DNA of 63,814 nt, the filler included, from Phoronis australis (Eukaryota; Animalia; Phoronida), in assembly GCA_002633005.1 (NCBI GenBank). It is 5 parts of 5 records of this genome, joined end to end, with 100 filler letters (N's around TTAATTAATTAA, not from the genome) between each part and the next. Parts side by side here need not be neighbours in the genome. Positions count along the whole stretch, not along the records: positions 1 to 27,991 come from NMRA01000030.1; positions 28,092 to 36,494 come from NMRA01001899.1; positions 36,595 to 56,342 come from NMRA01000908.1; 2 more parts are not named here. One strand, 5' to 3'. Both the position numbers and the translations under genes were made by a program. Positions 24,887 to 36,620 of the stretch are shown here, in pieces. Positions within the stretch are counted from its first letter, which is position 1; each line of letters opens with the position of its first letter. The notes under the pieces were generated by a model. It saw only the letters and a program-made list of their open reading frames with translations. It was not told the origin of the DNA and did not search any database.

Positions 24887-27800
24887 GGTTTTGTTTCTAT
24901 GACAAATCAACTCACAAAGTGTAAGTTTTTTTTAAAAAATTGCAGTCGTATTCGTATTTGTTACATTACGCAAAGACTACGCTTTTATATCAAAAAATCC
25001 TAAACGTGTTTTGAGATTGATGAACAAATATTAGTTTGGAAAGTTTCAGTGAAATTCACCGAGATGTTTTTGAGAACTCGTGTTCCTAAATTTAAATTAA
25101 GCTGATTTGCCGAAGCCGAAAAAAGCTGTTTAAGTTGGGACACATGAAAATCTCAAGATGTTCGTTCAATAATTCAACGGAAATTTGTTTTCAGTCAATA
25201 TTACCTATACGTGCTTTAACCATATTCGCTACATGTACATGTACGTCAATATTCAATCGCCGTGTCATCTGTATTTGCAGTACGTAATTAAATTAATCAT
25301 CGCTAAACCGTTAATTTTGTGACCGTCTCCAGTTCAGCAGGCGGGGTCAACTGATTTTCTACTAGTTCATTACTATACACACCACGCGCCGGGAGACTGA
25401 TGTGAAACCATTGAAGTACGAAATGGACAACAGAAATCGGTGGTTCACGCGCGTCGTGAGCATGAGATCGAAACAGCGAAATGTCAAATTACCTATCAAA
25501 TTGAGGAATTTGGGTGAGGATATATCTCTTTTCACAACTTGCTGTGTTCGTAAACACTAAGTCACAGATGCGTGGGAGGACTTGGAGCATTCGTTTTCAA
25601 CGATCAGTGTGCATGCAGACGAACAACTCCCTCAGGATCAAAACTACGTTGTCTTCGTTTCCCCTGACATCTCTCTGTAATATGTACACCTCGTAGACTC
25701 AATAGTGTGGCGACTCGCTAAGTGAAAGAACTGAGGGTACATGGACATGCACGGAGCTGCTGTATGCCTGGTGGGAGATTCGATTTGAGTGACAACCCTG
25801 TAACCTTTGCCTTGGATATATAGTAAACAAATTTCCACGCGGTTATACGGTTTCAAGGTGGTTCTACTAAATCTTTTTTTCTCGCTACACGGTATATATT
25901 TCATATTTGAAGTTCCTCCAGAATGAAGATATTGTATTTTGTAACACATATGTGAAATATTGTAAAAACGGCAAGTTTTTGTGAATAAGGTTGATGAGAC
26001 AAAAACTAGCCCAATGTCTGAAATTGGTGCTCACGTGTGCATAGATCATCTTTGCATATTTTACGTTGTCATGTGCCTAGGGCCGATGGCGTCTAGTGCC
26101 AAAGTAGAGCTATGAACAATTTCATCACCGGCTTTTAATTTGGTAAATTAAGGTATTGTTCATTCTTCCAGTGCCCAGCCAAGCGTTTGAATGCACTGCA
26201 CGCGACCATGGTTCGCTGGCTAAGATATCACATGTCTGTCCCCAGGGTAAGTGAGACATTTCGACTCAAATCGATTACATAGTTTTAGAAGTAACTTTTT
26301 CTGTCTATTTATTTCTTTTTTGAAATACAGGCCTAACTTTTAGGATTGATAACAGATCTTTTGCCACGTACTGCAGAAATAATAACCACGGAGCGGAACC
26401 CCTATCACCGAAGTGAGACGCGCTCTTTACCAACCGTGAATTACAAATGCAATTTTAACCACACACAAGGAACCAACAGCATGGGTAAAAAATCATTGCC
26501 CACCCACTTCAGAGCCGTTGACAGATAAAGAGAATTGCTCCAGAAATCATTTGAAAACTAAACTGGGTTTTTCTTGTCTTTTGATTCAAGGGGTTTCAAC
26601 ACTTCTAAATTCCAGCTACGGTCCCCTAAATTCCCTTCCTGGACCAGGGCTCAACAAAAATACGCGATACAAATCCCCAGTACCGCACCCAATAAACTCC
26701 ACACACGCACCGAAAAATGCCCAATACACGATGACCAAACTCAAGTCCCGGGGAAATATTGCATAACAGCTCTTCTAAATTGTGCCTGCGGACTACCATA
26801 GGCTTAACAATCTAATTAGATTACCGGGTATGGAGCATTTTTAAAGTGCGCGTGCATGTGTGCGTGTGCGTAAGTGTTTCTGTGCCCGGAGTTTAGTGTT
26901 GGGTTCTGGGCATTTGGAACCGCGGATCTAGTATGAAGTTTAAGAGATCGCAGCTGGAATTTATAGGCTCGGTCCACGGAATGCCGACTTCCACGCTTCG
27001 AGGTTTCCTCGTTACACCGAGGTGACACGTGCGCTGAATCTTGATTAAAAGGATTTTTCAGTCTGAACACCACAGTGCCGTGAGAAATGAATGAAGGATA
27101 CCAAGTTTTGTTCATATGGACTGGTGACGAAGTTGTTGACATCAGTTTCGAATGGAAGAAACTTCACTCATATTTACATTGTTTCTTTTGCTGTGTTGGT
27201 TCCCAGAGGGGCCCGCAATCCTGGCCGAGCCATTCCTCAATCCGCCTACTCAACACGAACAGTCTTCTTTCTTAAAGAGTTATGAAACGTGAAAAAAAAG
27301 ATTAAATTGGATTACTCAAAGTGTTTTCTGCCACTGAAACAGAATTCGACATATCCATGGTTTATTCGAAAATGTTTTGAATTTCTGTTGATGCCAAAGC
27401 ATTTTTCTTTTGGTTTCAAAATTCAAAAATCGACCTGTCAACTGATCGTCTCTTCGTCGATTTTTCTCCCTCAAGGCAAAGCACGTCTCCTTATTTGGTA
27501 TGGCAAGACATAAACGTAGCACATTTCTCTGACATGGAAAATGTGACCTTTGACCTTTGATGTAAAATTAAACAATGACGACTCCAAGAAAAAGTCAATC
27601 CAATTAAGAGGCAATTGATGTAACTCCTAAGTGTTTGAAATTAGTTGTAAAGGTGTCATAGTATTCAAATATATTCTAAAATGCACTTGAAATTATTTTG
27701 AGAAAATTGATTACTTCATACTATGCTGTCGACCTCAAATACGGAGTGCGATCATAAGGTGATAATCTGCTGTTAATATCCATTTTGGTAGTCAGCTGTT

Positions 27801-27992
27801 AGTCGAATGGCTGTTAGCACATGCACGCATTTATCATAAGTTAGAAGATTAGAAATTCTTTGGCAGCTACAGAGTTTTTCCTTCGCTCGTATTTCAAAAA
27901 TCGTGAGTGGGTTTTGTGACCTTTTTCTGGAAGTGAACAACTCTGTAAAACACGTTGCGAGATTCGTCAGGAATTGTTTTACAGTCATTTTN

Positions 27993-28091
27993 NNNNNNNN
28001 NNNNNNNNNNNNNNNNNNNNNNNNNNNNNNNNNNNTTAATTAATTAANNNNNNNNNNNNNNNNNNNNNNNNNNNNNNNNNNNNNNNNNNNN
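27993..28091. other. Artificial contig linker (N-run, TTAATTAATTAA, N-run); also at 36495-36594, 56343-56442, 62189-62288
   Basis: Identical six-frame-stop 12-mer embedded in Ns four times. Confidence 0.95.
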
Positions 28092-29834
28092 CAGTATGAA
28101 TAACACACCAGTTAAATCGTTCAGATGATGGCCGGTGTGTTTTATGCGTGCCGCACGACGCCGAGCTCAGTATCCAGAAAAACAAAAACGGCACCGCCAG
28201 CGTGTGTAAACCCCGAGTAAACCAACTTGGAAAAAATGAGGGGGGAGGTTCACTCTGAAAATATATTTTTTGCATTGTGAATTGCTGTCATGAAAATCAA
28301 CGCGTTTCGAGTCTTCGTGGCTGATCGCCAAAACCCCGGAGTTTAATTGTGCGCGCGCTTCCGACGACACTTCTGAAGTAGCTAAGCATTTTAGATGGAT
28401 CCACCGCTGAAAGAGCAGCTCTATAGCTGATTTCTTTAGGTAACTAGTTTCTTTACTCTAAGATATGTTTTGATTTGATTAGGGGAAATACTGTGGTGAC
28501 GCAACCCTGATATTCAGGCGAATTGACGGGCAACGTTTTTACCTCATCTGTCATGCCGTGTCATCCTATTACACCCCACACGTTTGTAACTCGAATTTGA
28601 CTGGTGTATTGTAAAGTTGTCTTGCGCAATATCATACAATGTACCTGTACATGTAATACTTTTGAAAAAAACTCGTTTTCCGAAGAATTGCTATTATGGC
28701 GGGCTCCGTGCTCTGGTCGCGAAGTCTGTTTGAAGATCATGGCACTCTAACAAGTTATGTCTACACAAGGAATGACCAAGGGGCACTCACATTAACAAAG
28801 TGACCGCATTTGCGAACAGTGTACAGTACCAGAAATTGCGGGGAGGCTGTATTTTCACAACAAAGTCTTGCGGGAATCGTGCAATGTTCAATGTGCCTTC
28901 GCCCTAGTGCCGACCTCAACACCTACCGTCTTTCTACCTGCAATAAGCACCACTGAGGTTTTCTATACTGGGAATTTCCGCAGAAAGGCCCACCCGACGA
29001 AACGCCCATGCCCATGGGCATATATTTGATGTTAGTACTTTGGGTTTCAAGCGTTCACACATTGGGACGTTTATTTCGAAAATTGCAAGAGATGCAAATG
29101 GGTCCTTGGATACATCGTCAAGGTTTGAAGTAGTCCATGATGAACGGAACAAATTTAGTTGCGCATCCTGTAAGTCTTTTGAATGGACTTGGTAACCTCA
29201 GGGGGCTTAGTGCCAACTGAGCTGCGAAAAGAGATGCTGCATTGTAGAGGTGAACAAGCTCATTGACACAACAGTTGACGAAGTGCAAGCGTTGGGAACA
29301 AACGTCGAAGATGTCTGGGTAGAATGGTTCTAAGACAAGCAACCCATTAGATCCGATATACAGATTCCTCGGCAGTCTAGACAGCAGGAAGATAGGACCA
29401 ACGTTGCTGGAGAAACACCCAGGTAATAAGTTATAATTATTCACAGTTTGTAATAATGTCGTTTTTTTATGCTTGTGTACAATGAAAACGAAATAGAAAT
29501 TAGTTTTAGACATGCCAAATTTACCCAGTACACCAGAGGGTCTACGAGCGCACAGAAACTGATTCTGGTTTGTATTTTCACATGAGTCTATCTGCTTCAT
29601 ATCCAAAATCTTATTTCACGTAGTGCGTAGTTAAATCTGTACCCAATACTTGTTTCTTCCAGTGAGTACTACAGAACGGTGCGAAAACCCTTCCTTGACA
29701 ACCTCTCGCAGCAGTTGACCACCAGATGTGTAAACTACACGTATGAGCAACCACTGGGGATTAAAACGTGTCTAGAGAGAAGTTTCAATTCAAAATTTTT
29801 TCAAAGTACGCTTTAGGTCTCACGACGGACCAGT

Positions 29835-30435
29835 TATAGGGAACGCGCTGCCTCTGGCAGCTTGGCTCGTCCCGCCTAATTCTCGGCTCTCAAGTTTTGC
29901 GGGACCAGCTACAGGGAACGCGCTGCCTCTGGCAGCTTGGCCCGTCCCGTCTACTCGGCTCTGCATATTGCGAGACTAGTAGGGCACGCGTTGCCCCGGC
30001 ATCTTGGCCCTACCTGCCTACTCGGCTCTGCAGGTTGCGGGACTAGGGCACGCGCTGCCTCCGGCAACTTGGGCCGTCCCGCCTAGTGCTGGGCTCCAGC
30101 TTCAGTTAGGGACAGGGCACGCGCTGCCTACCGCGGCAGGTTGGCCTGCACCACCTACTCTGCTCCGGCTACAGAGGGACAGGGCACGCGCTGACTCCGT
30201 CAGCGTGACCAGTCCCGCCTACTCGGCTACGGCTACAGAGGGACGGGGCACGCGACACCTCCGGCGGCTCGGTTCGTCCCGCCTACTCGGCTCTGTTCGC
30301 CGGGGACGGGGCACACGCCGCCTCCTGATGCTCGGCCGTCCCGTCCACGTGGCTCATGGGAAGCGGCGCACGCTGCCTCCGGCCGCTTAATTAGTCAGTC
30401 CCGCCAACCTACGTGGCTCTTGGTAAGCATCGCGT
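29835..30435. repeat. GC-rich minisatellite, ~55-75 bp unit, ~9-10 copies
   Basis: Recurrent GGGCACGCGCTGCC...GTCCCGCCTACTCGGCTC. Confidence 0.85.
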
Positions 30436-31246
30436 GCTTTCTCTTGTGGCGTTGGCGGCGTATTAGCCCCCCAGCCCCGTTGCGGTGCACTGCCTATAGA
30501 ACATGAGCGGAAAAAAGGGGGTGGGGCTATAGCCCCCCTCCCCAGTCCCCTGTGGTGTGCCGCCCATGGCATGTATTGCTGTATTTTATTTGACCGATTG
30601 TGTCATTTCTTAAACCGCTTGACTTTGCCTGTCATTAAAAGGATGCCAAACACTTTTTTGGCCTGTTAACCCATACTAAAAACAATTTTCCCATCCAGTT
30701 CTCTGAAACAAAATAATGCTCTGTAACCTTCAAATTCATCAAGCACCACAAAATCCAATTGATGAGATAGGATGTATGATTTTTTTTAATTGATTCCTGC
30801 TTTTAACTTGGAATATTGAGACTAACGATGCATTAGCAAGTAACAGAACAAGGATTGGTTGAATCTAAAAAAAGATTTGTAAATACTTTATTTACATTAC
30901 AGATTGTTAAAAATATATTCATCTTTGTGTCGTCTTTAGTCTGTAATTGAGGAATGAAAATGGCATCGATTACGGTAAAGTCGCGCGATTTTCGGACGGC
31001 CCGCCATTTTGGGACAAGAATAAAGATTTCCGAAATGAGTTTTTCATAGTCCACGAAATTCGTATAAGGTCCAAAAACTGTTTTCCAATGATCCTAACAT
31101 CCTTACATCTGAGCCGGCCCAAGTCCCAAGAGCCCAGTACATTTGTATTTACTTCGCAAGCAAGTAGCGACATCTATTTTCATGCGCCACGCCGTGTTTC
31201 CTTGTTAACCAGCTATTTAGGTCATCAAGAGATACACATAGTCTAG

Positions 31247-31380
31247 TGACGTCATCGTAACAAGTGCCTTCGTTCGGTTCTGTCTGAAAGTTTTCGTTTG
31301 TCGTTTACTATTCAAAAGTGTTAAAACACTTACATTAGTGTCTTAGAATAGCGCCGATATATGAGAGGTTACACACTGGT
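31247..31380 (+). promoter_or_regulatory. Candidate promoter (palindromic CRE TGACGTCA) and non-coding first exon, possibly of p85
   Basis: TGACGTCA at 31247-31254 in a CpG-richer patch, followed ~125 nt later by the strong donor CTG|gtaagt (exon end 31378), then T-rich intron-like sequence. Confidence 0.35.
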
Positions 31381-34264
31381 AAGTTTGGCATTTCTCAGTC
31401 ATCTTTCTATTTGAAGTTGGTTCATTTCAATACTTGGATATTTTGGTTCCCACGGTCAGCACTGCTTCTTATGTGCCACTGGTCACCGAATCGAATGAGT
31501 AAATGACCTCGTAATTTTTATCGTCCCCCAAGTAAAAGGACTTTGCCTTGTAATGGGTGTCAGCTGTATATACGTTTTGTACTAGAGAGGTAACAGGGGA
31601 CTGTAGTCTGACCATATGCTGTATGTTTCATTAAAAGTTCAATTGATTACCTTCGTCAGGTGTGACTGCCCAATTAGTCTGCCCCTGGACCTGGTGACCT
31701 GATGGATAATAGTCGACAGCAGGTTGGGTTCCTTTTCGTACTAATGACAACTTGATCCATGACAACTTGTGCTCAGGTTTATTTGTAGTCCATTGCTATA
31801 ATTGGCTTAATTCTCATCGCCATTTACTTATACACCAACAATCGAGCTGTTGCAACACCATGACACAAATCGGATATAGCAGTCCCTCATTTAGAGAACC
31901 AGTGTCATCCACTGAATAATGGGCCCATTGCTGGTTATCTAAATCAGGTTCGCTATGTGCGATCAGTGCTTACTGCATCTGGTATTTCTTCCCATTAAAA
32001 ATTAAAAACTACTCATTTAAATATACTGTGAATAACATGGAATGAAGCCTGCATGTATGCGCACTGAGTTATAATTCATACATACCTTGGCAATTTAGTA
32101 AACCTAAATTTGAAAAGACACCATCTTGAGGGAAGTGACAAGAAATCATGCTAGTTCATGAACAAAAAGTCTTAGGGACACAAACCTTACAAATTCTTCC
32201 GGTAGATGGCATTTCAGCAACAAAACGTGCTACGCTTCTGTTGTTGTGGCCTGACCAAGGAATACTTTGTTCTACCTAGTGTGACGTTGCTAGCTTATCA
32301 GTGCTCATTGCGCTCAATGAAAAAGTTAGAGCAACCAAAAAGCAGATTCCATCTCAATTCCTATATAGGTCTACTGGTACATGCTTTATCGAGGATCTGC
32401 ATAGAACTAGAAAGGATTGCTGAAAAAGTATCAAGTGCTTTTATAAGTGACCTTGTTTTTAGTGTGAAATATGTTTTGGACAAGGTAAAAACTTCCAACG
32501 TAGTAGTCATTCTATTGCTACCACCGTTTAAGATATGTCGTTAAGTTTAAGTGTCGTTAAGTTTAAGTGCGTATATAGCGGGATAGTGAGCATTGTTGCC
32601 TCAATGACAGACCAGTAGGGGTGACATGAAACCATTTTTCATAAATATGACATAATTTTTTTAAATTGTTACTTAATACAAAATAAAACTGCTTTGAATA
32701 CTTGTATAAATTAATATGGGTTTGAGTTGACTTGGGCACAAATTGGTAACTGCATTTCCTAATATGACATGTTCGTTAGAAGATTTTGCCAACAAAATTT
32801 CTAGTTAGCCTCCGTTATTGTCATTTTGCTTCAGATTAAAGGGAAACTTGCAAGACAATTATGGGGAGGGTCACCCATCTGCTAGCCTCAGCAAGAGGGA
32901 GAAGTACTGATAGGGGACCTGTAGGGATTCATCCAGAATTTCAAAAAGAGGGTGTCCAAAATGGGTTTCCCAATTTCTCATATGACCAATGACTCATGAC
33001 TGCATTTTTGCGACCCCACCTCATGTTGCTGTTTTTGTGTTGTATGCTACCATGGAAACATGTGTCTGCAATAAAGCTTATTATACCCTACATCGCAGCT
33101 TTACTAACATTTTTATTCTAGACAGGCTAATCAACTCCCAGAGCTTCTGTTAACACGTTAAAAGAGACACCAATGCTTACTTTCTTACTTTACTTGGGTA
33201 CCTCAATGCTGTGCAGGTCATCCAAATGCTTAACATTGCATCTTATCAAAGGTGCCAGGGTGCCCAAATGGACACCCTAGACACCCGCTAGATGTGAAAG
33301 CCTTTGGGCCTGTCTCAGGTACGATGTGACCTGTTCCCTGGAATGCCCCCTGGGCTGGCCCTGGCCAACTTTCCTTCAACTGCAGTGGGTGTAATGTTAT
33401 ATGGTGTTTGCATTGTGAGAGTACAGATGTGTAGTTCGCTTGACCCATTTCCTAATTCTGATATATAAGGTGAGTCAAACCGACAGAGACAAAACACAGT
33501 TTCATTCGTTTGCACACAACTTTTTGAGATGGACAGTTTTGTGTGTATCGCTGGTGTATCCCAATGTCCAACAGCAGCAGTTGGATGGTACGATGGCCGC
33601 AAGGTATTTAGTGATCTAAATAAAAAACTGCATTGTCTACAATGTGCCGATGTTTTATACGACTCTTCCATGGGAAGTCTGATGTCAATCTAGCTCCCTT
33701 TGTGTTTACCCGATCGTTTCTTGGCGTAGCCCTTCATTCTTTGCTTCCAAAGAATTTTGTTTTACATACCCATGCTTGTGTTAAAGGCTGTGTAGGACTA
33801 TAAAAATGGCCAAATTTGGCAGACTTGGGAAATCATATTTTAGAATCTATTGATTGGGTTCATATGAAACGTTCTGATACAATGCTTTATGCACTATTGT
33901 CAAAAATGGTTTTAAGAATTGTTTTAACATTGTTCGTTTTTTGTGAGGAGCTTTAAAAATAGTGCTTTTACGATTTTCATGAAAAATCTTTAAAGTTGAT
34001 AAAACGAAAACAAAATAGTATTTTAGAAACCTGTAACAGCTTCTCTGATACCTCACCTTGAACATTTATCAATTAGTAAAATTTGATCGTGTGATTGATA
34101 CCTTTATTTTGCTATCAATGTACCTTTCTTTTTTGCTAAAATTTTACCAAAAAGACATTGTCACGTCACCCAATTAATAACAGCTTGCTAAAAAGTCAAA
34201 AATCAAATTCCACAGCCTTTCTACTTTCAGAAAATATATACTTTTGCTATATACTTTTACTGAG

Positions 34265-34550
34265 GAGGTAGTGCGGCCTGGTTGATAAGTGCCCGCTTTC
34301 TTTACTCGAGGTCGTGGGTTCGAGTCCCACCAGGTCACACTGCTAAACCCTTGAGCCAGGTTTCTAGCTCCTCGGCTCGGTTTTAACCATATATTAATAA
34401 AGCATAAAAATATTTCCAGGTGATCAGTGCAATGGGCCCCACATGCGAGGCCTGCGCACGTCTGGTACAACGTGTATCAGACCGCCTGCAATTATTTTTT
34501 ATATTATATATATATATACTTTTACTATATACTTTTACTATATACTTTTA
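34265..34550 (+). mobile_element. tRNA-derived SINE with TSD
   Basis: A-box-like GTGCGGCCTGGTTG, B box GGTTCGAGTCC (34317-27); AT-rich tail; 18-bp TSD CTATATACTTTTACTGAG (34247-64, 34551-68). Confidence 0.8.
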
Positions 34551-36594
34551 CTATATACTTTTACTGAGTTAAAATTTATACTTTTCTAGATATTTCGTTA
34601 ACTGCACAGTCTTGTCATCCTACACAATCTTAACGCCCACCCTTGATTTCTGATGTTCTCCAATTTAAGCAACCTGGGCTGCAGCCCAGGCAAGTACCTA
34701 CTTCCCAGATCAGGCCTGATTTATCTGGCCCATAATTAAAGGTTGTTTACAAACTCTCCTTATGATTTAAACCGCAGCATAACATATAAAACTGATATCA
34801 ACTTGTCACCTAAGGCCACTATGCTTAGGAGCTGAGCTGTCTGCCTCAGGTAGTGAATGATAGCTGAGCTGACAGTCCAGGTCAAGGTGCGAAAATATCA
34901 TAATTGGCCACTTGTTCACTCAATTGTTCTCTCCTTTTCAAGAACTGTCAGCCCAGCTATAATTCACTCAGTCAGACAACTGAACTGGTGGTGTCTCTCT
35001 GTCTGGGTTGGCTCTTATTCAGATCAGGCCTGATAGTTTGTTGTTGTCCAAGGCCATGCTTGAGAGTCAGGGGTTGGGGGGAGGCTAAGATTACATTCCT
35101 GTTAAGCCAAGCTGTTGAAAATGGTCCAAAGTAATGAAAAGGTTCCAGTTGGTTCCATTTCTTCCCAAACCTCTAATCTGAATAAAGAACAATGTCTGAA
35201 TCTAACCTTGTGTGTTGAGGTGAGGCGGCTCCAAAGTAGACCTGTTAGTTGGCTTCAACACATGGACCTTGTTAAACTGATTATCAACTGTTATGTAAGC
35301 TGGTAGACATCGCCATTTGTCTGTCTGCTGACTTGGGTAGTTCTGTTTCTAAATTGGTCTTTTAGACTGAAACATGCCACCATATTGTTTTCATTTGACA
35401 TGATGTATAAGTACACTTCAGTTTATGTTGCTAGTAAGTTCATTATAGATTTTCCAAGTTAAATTTGTGTTTTTTGTGCACAGCAGCATTGATTGACATT
35501 TTCTTTCTCTTTTTTGATCATTTCTTGCACTGTTTTATGCTGCTTGCTTTGATCATGTCATTTTGACATGGGCATTTACCATATTCACCCTAATAAACAC
35601 CCATGCCCCTTTAAGCACCCCCATGCATTCTCAGACTTCGCTGAAAGGTAAGTGCCCAACCCATAAACGTGAACATGCAAAAATGATTTACCCACAGTGG
35701 TAAAATTCTACAGTAAAATGTCTTTAATTTATCAACAAGATCTGGCCCACCTGAAAAATCATGCACACAGAATTTCCATAACACCAACCTCGCCGCAATG
35801 TCGATATTTAACCGTCACTGTACTCTTCAAACTTCCGCTGTGCTTCAAAAGGGACGCTAAAGGTTTGCTGATCTCACTATGGTCTGGCCTGTCACAACAG
35901 ACACAGCGTATGCTTACTTTTCAACAGGATTGAATTTTTCATGTACACTTTCTAATTCTTCTCCCTCAACAGGATTCCAAATTTCTTTGTACATGTCAAA
36001 ACCAGGAATCGAAGACTGGTCAAAGCTTGGCATTTAGGTTATGACTGTCTCAAATAAAAAAAACTTGGTGTTAAAGGCAGGTGGCCAGGAAGCGTGGGGT
36101 ACATATCGCAGACATTATTAGTCTTCGAAACCTATTTATTAATGAAAAAATGGGTAGCATAGCATTCGAAATGACAAGAAATATATACTGGCACTAATTT
36201 CCGAAAGTGTCTAATACTATAAAAAAGTTTCGCATTATTTTTAAGAGGAATTATTTAATAAGTCATAATTGTTGTTTTTAAATCAAATCTCAGATAAATG
36301 ACGAACTGGATGTGAAAGCTTCGCCATCCTTACACCCCCAAGTCTCCCGGAAAATAACTGTCAGACTGTCGCACATCCTGTCACCCGGTGACTCTATGAC
36401 ATTATATTGGCTTACCGAGACAATAGCGGATTTGCAGCGCAGACGAACTACGCATTGCGCATGTGCGAGTTACTTCCTTCGCGAAGGCTCATGGNNNNNN
36501 NNNNNNNNNNNNNNNNNNNNNNNNNNNNNNNNNNNNNNTTAATTAATTAANNNNNNNNNNNNNNNNNNNNNNNNNNNNNNNNNNNNNNNNNNNN

Positions 36595-36620
36595 GTATGA
36601 CAAGTTCGTCAGCGCTGCCA
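36595..36620 (+). CDS. PIK3R1: p85 partial exon (RhoGAP), 5' part in gap
   Basis: YDKFVSAA A|gtacgt; phase 1 matches next exon. Confidence 0.65.

Noticed and set aside
28036-28047. Recurrent TTAATTAATTAA motif (also ~36539, 56387, 62233)
   Set aside because: Always embedded in N-runs; an artificial six-frame-stop linker, so adjacency across it is not guaranteed
30004-30390. 128-aa Ala/Pro/Arg-rich ORF
   Set aside because: By-product of a stop-poor GC-rich minisatellite
34265-34340. tRNA gene
   Set aside because: No proper acceptor stem or terminator; continues into a SINE body with a TSD and a second copy
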